Below, piece by piece: positions 36,810-49,100 of a stretch of DNA of 64,000 nt (position 1 is its first letter; the number at the start of each line of letters is the position of its first letter). The stretch is from Malacoraja senta (lineage: Eukaryota), in NCBI GenBank assembly GCA_038087875.1, contig CM075998.1:6388001-6452000 (forward strand). Direction: 5' to 3'. Both the position numbers and the translations under genes were made by a program. Below the pieces are notes generated by a model. The model saw nothing but the letters and a program-made list of their open reading frames with translations, was not told where the DNA came from and ran no database searches.

Positions 36810-38478
36810 CAGTGCCCTCCATAATGTTTGGGACAAAGACCCATCATTTATTTATTTGCCTCTGTACTCCACAATTTGAGATTTGTAATAGAAAAAAATC
36901 ACATGTGGTTAAAGTGCACATTGTCAGATTTTAATACGGGCCATTTTTATACATTTTGGTTTCACCATGTAGAAATTACAGCAGTGTTTATACATAGTCC
37001 CCCCCATTTCAGGGCACCATAATGTTTGGGACACATGGCTTCACAGGTGTTTGTAATTGCTCAGGTGTGTTTAAATGCCTCCTTAATGCAGTATAAGAGA
37101 GCTCTCAGCACCTAGTCTTTCCTCCAGTCTTTCCATCACCTTTGGAAACTTTTATTGCTGTTTATCAACAGGATGACCAAAGTTCTGCCAATGAAAATCA
37201 AAGAAGCCATTATGAGACTGAAACAAGAATAAAACTGTTAGAGACATCAGCCAAATCTTAGGCTTACCAAAATCAACTGTTTGGAACATCATTAAGAAGA
37301 AAGAGAGCATTGGTGAGCTTACTAATCGCAAAGGGACTGGCAGGCCAAGGAACACTGTCCCACTGATCAGAAACACTCTTCAGGAGTCAGGTGTGGATTT
37401 GTCAATGACCACTGTCCGCAGAAGACTATATGGACATACTGATCTGTTTTTGTAGTAAATGCCTACTATGTTCTGTGTGCTGAAGCAAAGCAAGAATTTC
37501 ATTGTCCTATCAGGGACACATGACAATAAACTCACTTGACTTGACTTGAACAGAAATACAGAGGCTACATTGCAAGATGCAAACCACTGGTTAGCTGCAA
37601 AAATAGGATGGCTGGGTTACAGTTTGCCAAGAAGTACTCAAAAGAGCAACTACAGGTCTGGAAAAAGGTCTTGTGGACAGATGAGACAAAGATTAACTTG
37701 TATCAGAGTGATGGCAAGAGCAAAGTATGGAGGAGAGAAGGAACTGCCCAAGATCCAAAGCATACCACCTCATCTGTGAAACACAGTGGTGGCCTGGGCA
37801 TGTATGGTTGCTGAAGGTACTGGCTCACTTATCTTCATTGAAGACACAACTGCTGATGGTAGTAGCATAATGAATTCTGAAGTGTATAGACACATCCTAT
37901 CTGCTCAAGTTCAAACAAATGCCTCAAAACTCATTGGCCGGCAGTTCATTCTACAGCAAGACAATGATCCCAAACATACTGCTAAAGCAACAAAGGAGTT
38001 TTTCAAAGCTAAAAAATTGTCAATTCTTGAGTGGTCAAGTGAATCACCCGATCTGTACCCAATTGAGCATGCCTTTTATATGCTGAAGAGAAATAAGCTA
38101 AAGATGTCTGCAATACAGGCCTGGCAGAGCATCACCAGAGAAGACACCCAGCAACTGGTGATGTCCATGAATCGCAGACTTCAAGCAGTCATTGCATTCA
38201 AACGATATGCAACAAAATACTAAACATGACTACTTTCATTTACATTCCATTGCTGTGTCCCAAACATTATGGTGCCCTGAAATGGGGGGACTATGTATAA
38301 ACACTACTGTAATTTCTACATGGTGAAACCAAAATGTATAAAAATGGCCTTTATTAAAATCTGACAATGTGCACTTTAACCACATGTGATTTTTTTCTAT
38401 TACAAATCTCAAATTGTGGAGTACTGAGGCAAATAAATAAATGATGGGTCTTTGTCCCAAATATTATGGAGGGCATTG
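36810..38478 (+). mobile_element. Tc1/mariner transposon, IR/DR type, decayed DD34E transposase
   Basis: TA TSDs (36808-9, 38479-80); about 225-bp TIRs starting CAGTGCCCTCCATAATGTTTGGGACA with an inner direct repeat (~37012-37035); WTDETKINL, QQDNDPKHT, SPDLYPIEH; frameshifts; a short LINE-tail insertion at about 37428-37547. Confidence 0.95.
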
Positions 38479-38879
38479 TACCTCCACCACCACCCCTTTA
38501 TATCCCACCCGTCACCTTAAAGCTAGACCCTTGAGTGTTTGACATTTCCATCCGGAGAAAAAGGTTCTGACTGTCTACCCTATCTATGCCTCTTATAATG
38601 TTATATACTCTCCCCTCAACCTCTGATGTTCCAGAGAAAACAATCCAAGTTTGTCCAATCTGTCCCTGCAGCTGATACCCCCAAACCCAGGCATCATTTT
38701 GGTAAACCTCTTCATTTTCAAAGCCTCCACATCATTTCTCTGTCTCTCTCTATCTCAGGTTCCCTGTCCTCTCCCACTAGATTTCAATTCTGAATAGCCC
38801 TGGTACCTCACCCAAGTAGTCACCCTTACACAATAAATCTGTGGAGCACACACTATCCCCCTGCTTCCAAAATCTAGTT

Positions 38880-39520
38880 GAATTGAATAATTGAATTAAT
38901 TTTATAGGCCAAATATGTATACATACAAAGAATTTGCCTTGCAGCTTTGCTCATAAGTCACAACACAATATATAGTAGACAATAATAAATAAAACATTAT
39001 AATTTAACACGTGAAGAATGAAATAAAATACCAGAGCAAAAGGAGGCTACAGACTTTTGGTTGTTGAGTAGAGCTACTGCTCATGGAAAAAAACGTGGAG
39101 AAGGTGAGGACACTCCATGATGGCGTGTAGAATTGGACCATCATTGCCTGTGGCAGATTGTGCTTCCTCAGCTGCCGCAGGAAATATCCTTTGTTGGGCC
39201 TTTTTGACTGTGGAGTTGATGGTAGCCCCCCATTTAAGGTCCCTGGAGATGATGGTTCCCAATGACTCCACAGATGTGACTGTGGTATTGTTGATGGTGA
39301 GGGGAGGGGGAGCTCTCCTAAAGTCTATAATCAATTCCACTGTCTTAAGAGCATTGAGCTCCAGATTGTTACTAAGGCACCAGGACGCCAGCTGTGTCAC
39401 TTCCTGTCTGCAGGTAGATTCTTCCCCATCCTGGATCAGTCCAATCAGGGTTGTGTCGTCCACAAACTTGAGAAGCTTGACAGAGGAGTCTGTGGAGGTG
39501 CAGTCGTTGGTGTAGAGAGT
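38880..39520 (-). mobile_element. Rex1/Babar-like LINE, truncated RT and 3' end
   Basis: LYTNDCTSTDSSVKLLKFVDDTTLIGLI...WCLSNNLELNALKTVELIIDFRR. Confidence 0.85.
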
Positions 39521-41952
39521 AACGCACTTTGATTCAGAGACACACAGCATGGAAACAGGCCTTTCGGCCAATCATGTGAACATGGACCACCTATTTACTC
39601 TAATCCTACATTAGTCCCACTCTCCTCACATTCTCATTAACTCCCCCCAGATTCTACCCCTCACCCACACACCAGTGACAATTTACAGTGGACAATTAAC
39701 CTGCGGGCCTGCACATCTTGGGAGATGTGGAAGTAAACTGGAGCACCTGGGGGAAACACATAAGGTCACAGGGAGAACGTGCAAACTCCACATGGACAGG
39801 GCCATGGTCAGGATTGAACTCAGCTCACTGGAGCCGTGAGGAAGTGGCACTGCAGGCTAAGCCACAGTGCCACCTCATCATTCCTCCTTCCTTCCAGGAT
39901 GAGAGAGGTCATTACTGTTCCTTTGCAGAAGCCCCAATCAAGCCCATGTCACTCCTTTCCCAATCCTCTGGATCTGACCCTGACACTCCACCATAACATT
40001 TCATTTAATACCACATATAACAGTACAGCACAAGTACAGGCCCATTGTACTAACTTCACTGTCATCCTGTTGAGTTTCACTGTCTTCCCAACTTATTATC
40101 ACCTAGCACACCACCAACAATGGACCATTGTGGGCTCCACCTCTCCTTGATCATTACTTTTTGCATATCTTTCATTTATTCGTTATCTCTCGTTTCCCAT
40201 TCCCCCGTCTCCTGGTTGGGCTGAAGGGCCTGTTCCTGCACTGTATGGCTATGACTCAGGAGATTATGCTTTTCAAGTATGACCATACACGAGACAGTAC
40301 CAGGCATAATTCCATTGACAAGTTGGCTCAAAGTAAAAGGCCAGCAGTGCACAGTAGAGCAAATGGTCTTTCTTGCATCATTCAGTGAAGCAATTGCTTC
40401 TCTCCAATAAAGGTGCTTCCACCAGCTTGCTCCCTCACTTGTACTGAAAGCATAGACTCCTACTATTAGACCAGTTATGGATGAGTTCGACCCAAAGATT
40501 AACATGCTGATTGTATCAAGAACTGTGGAGCAGGTTCCCTCAGATACATTGTGGATCAGGAACATGAAATGCTGATCAAATCATTCAAAGGATTTTATTA
40601 AATAATACAGAAGAGCAATTCCCAATTTTCAGTGCAACACCAATTTATCACAAAGCATTTATTGATATTAGACATTACATTTCAAAATACTACTTCATTA
40701 CTTCTGTTTGTGGACTTAAATATTTAGGCGCATTACATTCCCGTAAAAAAAAACATAGTGTTTATCAAGTTCTAAAAAGTGATATAAAATTGCATGAACT
40801 GTGTTCTCACACTGAACTGGAAGCACAGAAACATATCAATGGAAGTGCATTCTCAAGAAGTATCCTGAACCTGTTAGCAAGGAGATTTTAAACAGAATAT
40901 TAAATTAAATAATTTCAAAATATTAAACTTAAAGAGGAAAAGCAGGAGGGTAACTTTTATTCCTTGAAAAGCATTGCTGCACAGCAATGGAAAATCAATC
41001 AAACCAAACCAATGTCTGACTCAAAAGATAGGCATTTCTAAATACAGTCAGTGCTAATTCTTCTAGGCATCTTGGTCAGTAAGGACAAGTTAGGCTGAAG
41101 GGAGTCATACAGTTTCCATGACCAATATGCAAGATTAAAAAAATAAAAATAAATTGAAGGTCATTCTGCAAGGAGACGCTCCCTTTCTTCACCCTGAACT
41201 TCTAAAAAAAAAATTACATAAACAAAGAAAGTTTCATACTATCTTACTCCAGAAGTTTCATTCAAACCATGGGGATAGATGGGGACACCTGCCCAGATTC
41301 CTCAGTGCTGTGTTCAATTAGTTTAGGCCTCTGGATTACTGGATCAGTGATATGACTGCTGCACCACTCACCCATTAAACCATTTTCTCCTCTCCTGAAG
41401 ATATTCATACATCTCACACGACTCACTGCTGTTTGCAAGAGGCAGAATGGAGCAAGTCAACAAACTTTGCGACATCACAGTTGAACTGGGCAACCAGTCA
41501 TGTGAACTTTGTCCAGCACGAGTGAATGGATGGGAACCAACACAGCACCGACCAGATAATGAACCTTGAATCCATCTGGTCTGTGTGGCTCAGTGCTAAT
41601 TCAGCTGGCCCTTTTCCTCACCGAGTTATCAGGAGAAGCTCTCCGCTGTATTCTGGCTGTACTGACTCAGCCTATGAAATGGCAATTTCAGATCTAACTC
41701 GAGTGTTCTACCAAAAACATCGTCACCAGGCAGACTTCCTTGTAGCTCCTGCTTAACGTTGGTGCTGAGGAAAAGGAAATGATCAAACGACAGGACAGGG
41801 AAGCCACACTGGTGGATTATGTTAGTGGCAGGGACTTGGCACTGAAGCCGTCCGGCTAAAGAAATTCGCCCCATATTTGGAATAACCAGGAATTAAAATT
41901 AAAGTCAGATTTCAGAAGACTTTCAGAGCAGCTGTTGCATATTTTCGAACCT

Positions 41953-42246
41953 TTATACTAAGCTACTTCCGTCAGATGCGATCCCTAGAGAGACTGCAAA
42001 CCCTTTCTGGAGCTGGCCTACAGATATCGAGCAAGATTGATTGGAGAGATCCCGTTTGTAATTTAATTTTCTCTTCAGAAAGTTCAGGCAGTGCGGTCCT
42101 GCACTGGCTAGTATCCAAACTCTTCGGGAAGATGCAATCTGTGAACAAGACACAGACCTCTTCCTGCCCGGGAGTCCAGGAAGCGAGTGACCATATTTAT
42201 CCACACACCAGCAGTGACCACGCCTTCTGCCTTTTGATGATTTACA
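41953..42246 (-). CDS. IGFBP6: IGFBP (IGFBP6-like) last coding exon, end of the thyroglobulin type-1 domain
   Basis: tttttctcag|TGT; CKSSKGRRRGHCWCVDKYGHSLPGLPGRKRSVSC (CWCV motif; compare human IGFBP6 CRSSQGQRRGPCWCVDRMGKSLPGSP...SSSC); frame runs 63 further codons to TAA. Confidence 0.82.
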   Translation of the reverse strand, partial: CKSSKGRRRGHCWCVDKYGHSLPGLPGRKRSVSCSQIASSRRVWILASAGPHCLNFLKRKLNYKRDLSNQSCSISVGQLQKGFAVSLGIASDGSSLV

Positions 42247-43088
42247 CTGAGAAAAACATTAGAAACATGTTAAACCCATATATCTGCATCGTCTTTCAGG
42301 GTGTCAGGGGTTATCGGGAAAAGGCAGGACTATGGGGTTGAGAGGGAAAGATAGATCAGCCATGAATGAATGGCAGAGTAGGCTTGATGGGCCAAATGGC
42401 CTAATTCTGCTCCTAGAACTTAGCTTTCATTCTCTAAACCTCCCAATAGAGTTTCACAGTCAATGAGGTCACTGTGTACAGAGAATGTAATTTGTATAGA
42501 GAAACCCCTAAACTGTAATTTTGGAATGAATCTCTTTATAACGTTGGATGTATTTTAGACAAGTGCACTGGGGATAACTCACTTATTTTTTTTTCCAGAT
42601 AGTCCCAAGGGAGATTTTCCGAGGTCAATCTGAAATATTAACATCTCTTCCAAACAATCGCGGGAAAATTTAGTCAAATGGTCTTTATAAATCAGCTCAT
42701 GTCTAAACAGAGATGCATATGAGGTTGTACAACTGTAGTAGTCACAAGCCTCTGGGCAGCAAAATCCATGTCATTGTTTTCTCGTCCCAATTTTAAGGAT
42801 GAGAACAATTGTGGCCCTGCCATTATCAGACATTTCATGCCACTTGCCAGGCATGGACTCTGCATTGTGCATTCACAACAGCAAAACAGTTAGTTCTTTT
42901 AAAACAAAACTTTAAAATATTGGTCAGTAAATGCAGACTTCTGCATTAGTCAAAATCCTATCCAACTCTCCGATTAGCATTGGTATACAAACCACAGAGC
43001 CTCTTGTTTTTGGTCAGCGTGTTAACTGATCACACCCAACGAGTGGGGAGGAACTGGTCCTACTGGGAAGGGAAGGCAAACGCTGTTA

Positions 43089-45318
43089 AGGGCCTGTCCC
43101 ACTTGGGCGATATTTGGACGACATTTAGGCGACAGTCTAAAAAGAGGTTGTCGCGTCGTGGTTGGGTTGTGACGCATGGTGAGGTGTGGTGACGCATGCA
43201 GTGACGTGCGATAACGGGCGGTGCTTCCCTGTCGCCCCAGGATTTTGGAATGTTCAAAATCCTGGGGCGACATTTGGGTGTCTCATAATGTCGTGCGCCG
43301 TCACATGCTGACGTATGCTGTCCTGTGGGTGACAGCCCCGTTAGGGTTAGGGTTAGGGAGCACAGATGGGCTGTAAAATATTCTTCCTTCAATGCATGGA
43401 TTTTAAACATTAATATATTAAAATTAATACAATAAAATCAATTGTGCAAATGAAAAGATGTCCGAGTCGTTCAGTTTTATTTATAGATGTATTGGTCCGC
43501 TTCCAGATCCGATCACCTTCTCTATAACTTTTCACAGGGATGGATTCAGTGAGTGTAGACTGAACTCCCCTCTCCCCTCTTCCCACCCCCATCCCTCCTT
43601 CTCCACTCCCCCTTACCCTTCTACCCTCCTTCCCTTCCCCCTCTTCCTCCCTTCTCCCCCTTATCCACTACCCCCTCACCTCACATCGCCTTCTCACCCT
43701 CTTCCATTCTCCACCCATCTCCACCCCCCACTTTCCCCGACGCCCCCCAATTTGTGGACCCAGGCCGGCAACCAGCGATCCGCCGCACACTATCCCACAC
43801 ACGCTAGGGACAATTTATACAAACCTGTGCGCCTTTGGAGTGCGGGAGGAAACCCAAACCCTAGCCCTAGTCCTAGCCCTAACACTAACCCTAGCTTCTG
43901 CCTGCTCCTCATGGGAACTAAACTGTTGGCCACGAGTTGTTAGTGGGACCTAGCTGTCACAGGCTGGGTCCACAAATGGGGGATTCCCCCTCTTCTCCCT
44001 TCTCCCCGCTCCACTCTTCTCCCCCTTATCCACTACCCTTCCCCTCACATCTCCTTCTCCCTCCCTTCTCCCATTCTCCAACCCCCCCCCCTCCCCACTT
44101 TCCCCGACACCTCCCATTTGTGGACCCAGCCTGTGACACCTAGATCCCACTAATAGTACTGCACAAGGGCCACATGTTTTAGTAACATTGACTATGGGAT
44201 AAATGCAGACTTTGGGAACAGCACCCCCCACCTCCCCACCCCCCCCGCCTTGTTTCAAAATGGCTGGTGGGTATTTAGACTCAGTGGCCGGAGCAGGTGA
44301 GTGGCTCTGGTACATTGACAACATTGCCTGTACCCAGTTGAAAAGCCCGCTGCCTCTGGGGGTTTGGAGAGACCATTGGAAGAGAGATCTGCCTCTGGGA
44401 CAACTCGTGGCCAACAGTTTAGTTCCCATGAGGAGCAGGCAGAACATTAGGGGTTCGAGTCCAACTCCTGGGGCCCCTGTGTCACATTTAGTTCAGAGAT
44501 ACAGTGCCCTTCGGCCCACCGAGTCCGCACCGACCAGCGACCCCCCGCACACTATCCCACACACGCTAGGGACAATTTATAATTTATAAATTAAATTGTC
44601 CTAAGGGACAATTTATACCAAGCCTATCAACCTAGAGTTAGGGTTAGGGTTACGGTTAGGACTAGGGTTTGGGTTTCCTCCCGCACTCCAAAGGCGCACA
44701 GGTTTGTATAAATTGTCCCTAGCGTGTGTGGGATAGTATGCGGGGGATCGCTGGTCGCAGGCTGGGTCCACAAATGGGTGGGCGTCGGGGAAAGTGTGGG
44801 GGAGAGTGAGGGAAGGGAGGGAGAGGGGGAGAAGGGGATGTGAGGGAAGGGGGTGGTGGATAAGGGGAGAAGAGTGGAGTGGGGAGAAGGGAGGAAGAGG
44901 GGGGATGGAAGAAGGGGGGAGAGGGGAGGGGAGAAGGGTAGGGGGGGTGGAGGAGGGGGGGGGGGGATGGGGGCGGGAGGGGGGGAAGAAGGGAGAGGGG
45001 AGTTCAGTCTACACTCACTGAATCCATCCCTCTGAAAAGTTATAGAGAAGGTGATCGGATCTGGAAGCGGTCCAATACATCTATAAATAAAACTGAACGA
45101 CTCAGACATCTTTTCATTTGCACAATTGATTTTAGTGTATTAATTTTAATATATTAATGTTTAAAATCCATGCATTGAAGGAAGAATATTTTACAGCCTT
45201 AACCCTAACCAGGCGTCACGCGCATGACAGCACACGTCAGCGTGTATGTCGTGCAACTTGACGGTTTTACGGGCGTCAGTCACTGATGCTCCGCAGTCGC
45301 CCAAATGGGACAGGCCCT
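43089..45318. mobile_element. PIF/Harbinger-like non-autonomous element carrying a palindromic (foldback) cargo
   Basis: TIR AGGGCCTGTCCCACTTGGGCGA / TCGCCCAAATGGGACAGGCCCT; TTA TSD on both sides (43086-88, 45319-21); internal inverted arms about 43369-43894 / 44631-45198. Confidence 0.85.
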
Positions 45319-45486
45319 TTAAGATGACAGATTGTTTAAAAAACAGTTGATGTCCATTTCCCTTTTCTTTTCACACTATCTATGACTATGGTTCTTTGGG
45401 AGGCTTGGTAGGGGTTTAGTAGGCACAGGGCTTCAATGATCGCAAATGATAAAGTGATTACTGCTGTGACTGGGTTCACTGTTTAC

Positions 45487-45606
45487 CTGTTTGCTCCGGT
45501 AGTAACCTCTCTTATCGCAGTTTGGGATGTAGATGTTTTCTGGGCTGCGTAAAAACTCTGGCTGGAGATCCTGCAGAATCAACTCCATTTCCCTTCGGCA
45601 TGGGCC
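45487..45606 (-). CDS. IGFBP6: IGFBP (IGFBP6-like) exon 3, 120 nt
   Basis: tacttag|GGC...CAG|gtaaac; GPCRREMELILQDLQPEFLRSPENIYIPNCDKRGYYRSKQ; LQ.LQ.E..R and RG.YR match IGFBP6. Confidence 0.85.
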
Positions 45607-45852
45607 CTAAGTACAGATCAACAATTGGACAGTGTTTAAAGACAGCCGAGTGCAAGAACAATCCAAAACCCTAATCCCCCCTTCAAAGCTTGTGTCCCAA
45701 TCCAACTTTCCCAACACATGTGTGGGAAGGAACTGCAGATGTGGGTTTACACCGAAGATAGACACAAAGTGCTGGAGTAACTCAGCGGGTCAGGCAGCAT
45801 CTCTGGAGAACATGGATAGGTGACGTTTCAGTCTAAAGAAGGGTCTCGACCC

Positions 45853-46182
45853 AAAACATCACCTATCCATGTTCTCCACAGATGCTGCCTGACCCGCTGA
45901 GTTACTCCAGCACTCTGTGAAACGTCACCTATCCATGTTCTCCACAGATGCTGCCTGACCCGCTGAGTTACTCCAGCACTCTGTGAAACGTCACCTATCC
46001 ATGTTCTCCACAGATGCTGCCTGACCCGCTGAGTTACTCCAGCACTCTGTGAAACGTCACCTATCCATGTTCTCCACAGATGCTGCCTGACCCGCTGAGT
46101 TACTCCAGCACTCTGTGAAACGTCACCTATCCATGTTCTCCACAGATGCTGCCTGACCCGCTGAGTTACTCCAGCATTTTGT
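45853..46182 (+). repeat. Tandem array, 5 x 66 bp, made from the Penelope 3' tail
   Basis: Unit GAAACGTCACCTATCCATGTTCTCCACAGATGCTGCCTGACCCGCTGAGTTACTCCAGCACTCTGT starts at 45919, 45985, 46051 and 46117, plus a first unit near 45853. Confidence 0.95.
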
Positions 46183-49100
46183 GCCTATCTCCCAAAACAC
46201 ACCACTCATACCCTAACCGATCTGGAACTCTTTAGCAGGTACACTGAAGCATCTCCCTGGTCCCTGTAACGCCACCTGGCTGCATAATCTGATGCCAATC
46301 AGATGACCATAATAGAATGGACTATTCCAAATATTCAGAGGAAAGTGGTATCATTTGTTAAAAAATTTATAATCTAAATAACTGGAATGTTTTTCTCCAT
46401 TGGCTTAAAACGAATATCAATCCCAATGAACATTGGGAACAAGTGTAACCTCCTACAGCAATATCTTTTCTTCACTCAGAAATCTGTAAAAGACAAAACA
46501 AGCACACTTCATCGCTTTTCTAGAAACTAGCACTGATCCCCAATATTTAATGTCTTGTGTACGATAGCTTCAATCAGGTTTCGTGTCCTCATCACTACAA
46601 GTGCTAGGGTTTCCCAGGGAACCATCTACCATTTGCCCCAAAAAGAGTCTGTTTTGGCCTCCAGTGGAACCAGGCCCCAGTCCGCCCAACCACAATCTCA
46701 CTCATGGAGATTGGAACAAATGGATCACCAGCAACAGCAAGTGCGGACACAATGATTTGAATTACCTTTGAAGAGTTAATACAATTTGTTCACCACTTAT
46801 GTTCAAATACTTCTGAATTAAGCCAAATGCTATTTACCTGAGAATTTGGTAATTCTTTGCTTAGTTTAGTTTTAGTTTAAGATACAGCGTGGAAACAGGC
46901 CCTTCGGCCCATTGAGTCCGCGCCAGCCAGCGATCCCTGTACACTAGCATTATCCTATACAATTTTTCCCCCAAAGCCAATTAACCTACAAACCTGTAGG
47001 TCTTTGGGATGTGGGAGGAAATCGGAGCACCCGGAGAAAACCTGCAGAGTCACAGGGAGAGTGTACAAACTCTGTATAGACAGCACCCGTAGTCAGGATT
47101 GAACCTGGCTCTCTGGCGCTGTGAGGCAGCAACTCTACCGCTGCGCCATCGTGCAACAATTGTTGGGAATTGTTTTATGCGCAAGACAGAATTCCACTTT
47201 ATGGAATTTATTTTTGGACAGTGTAGACTGGAAGATGTAGAAGAGAAAATAGGTTTTGTGCATCAGATTTCAATGATGTATTATTGTACATTATTGAACT
47301 AAGAATGTTACAGTCTGGTGGTATAACTGATCATTTATTGTGTTGTTGCCTGTAAAGCTGCAAGTAAGAACACATTGAATTGTTCTTGTCCAGGTGCATA
47401 TGACAATTAAAGCCTCTTGCCTAAAGCTCTAGATAGGCCTCCATTTTGCTGGCAGTCCTGATCCCCATCCTCCTTAGCACGCTGAGGAAAGGATCAGAGG
47501 GTTGTGCTTGTAAAAATCACCCCTCCGCAAACTTGGTTATTAAATTTGTCAGATTCTGCAGTTATTATGGAGACCAATGGCCCCATAGCAGAAGTGTCCA
47601 CATCGCGGGGCTGGAAACTGGAAGTATCCTGAGCTAATCCTGAGCATCATCTACTGCGACAAGTGATGGCTTCCACTCATTGTCGCCGGAAGCTTGCGTC
47701 CTTTCAGGACGGACGATCACAGCGAGGTCAACATTTGTAACATGGAAGATGGAGACCAATACAAGTTCTAGTGACATTGGAGGCCATCACTTGTTCATGA
47801 TCAGCAAGTTCCACCATTATATGTTATTTACATACATTGTATAGGAACAAGAATCCAAACTGGCCGCTTCATCAACAACTTGGGCTGGCACAGCAGTAGA
47901 GTTGCTGTCTTACAGCACCAGAGACCCAGATTCAATTGTTGGCTGTATGGAGTATGTACTTTCACCCCGTAACCGCATGGGTTTTCTCAGAGTGCTCCGA
48001 TTTCCTCATACACTCCAAAGACATGCAGGTTAATTGGCTTCGGTAAGTTGTAAATTGTCCCTAGTGTGTGTAGGATAGTGTTACGGGTAAGCCGAAGGGC
48101 CTATTTCCCCACTGCATCTCTAAACAACAATGATATACAATCTTACAATGTGTTTACTACAGAAAAATCCTCCCAGAGCCCTTCACAGAAATATCATTAA
48201 TCAAAATTTTATACAATGGGGGGAAATATTATGGCAGCAAAGCAAAAGCATGGAGACAGGGATACGTTTTAAAGGAGTATTTAAAAACAAAAGCAGCGAA
48301 GAAGCTGAAAATTAGGTTTGTAGAAGGAAGGAAACTATTGCATGTTACTCCCTGCAAGTTGATAGACAGAAACTCACTCCTCAATGTTGCAGGATCGCAG
48401 GAGCCAACAATTATTTCAGCTTAAGTAACCATTTTACTCAAACTGATTGACGAGGATGTTTAAGAAAGAACTGCAGATGCTGGAAAATCGAAGGTAGACA
48501 AAAATGCTGGAGAAACTCAGCAGGTGAGGCAGCATCTATGGAGCGAAGGAAATAGGCAACATTTTGGGTCGAAACCCTTCTTCAGACATGATTGACGAGG
48601 ATGTTGCCAGGACTAGAGGGTGTGAGCTACAGGGAGAGGTTGAGCAGGCTGGATCTCTATTCCTTGGAGCGCAGGGGGATGAGGGAAGATCTTATAGAGG
48701 TGTACAAAATCATGAGAGGAATAGATCGGGTAGACGCAGAGTCTCTTGCCCAGAGTAGGTGAATCGAGGACCAGAGGACATAGGTTTAAGGACAAAGGAC
48801 ATTTATTGTCACGTACACCAATTGGTGTAGTGAAATTTGAGTTGCCATTTGCAGCACACCAATAAAAATAAAACACAACATTAAGGAAGAATTTAACATA
48901 AAACATAAAAACATCCCCCCACAATGGTTCACACTGTGAGGGAAGGCAGCAAAGTCCAGTCCTCTTCCTCTTGTTCACCGCGTGGAAGGTGAAGGGGAAA
49001 AGATTTAATAGGAATCTGAGGGGTAACTTTTTCACACAAAGGGTGGTGGGTGTATGGAACAAGCTGCCGGAGGAAGTAGATGAGGCAGGGATTATCCCAA

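Noticed and set aside
43341..43358. Chromosome end or telomere-fusion site
   Set aside because: Only a few TTAGGG units, embedded within a transposon inside an intron.
43458..45109. Paired proline-rich ORFs MSESFSFIYRC... on opposite strands
   Set aside because: Mirror translations of the inverted arms and low-complexity C/T tracts; they diverge in frame after the first ~40 codons.
45853..46182. CRISPR-like regular array
   Set aside because: Units are contiguous with no unique spacers, derive from a Penelope tail, and no cas genes are present in this eukaryotic DNA.
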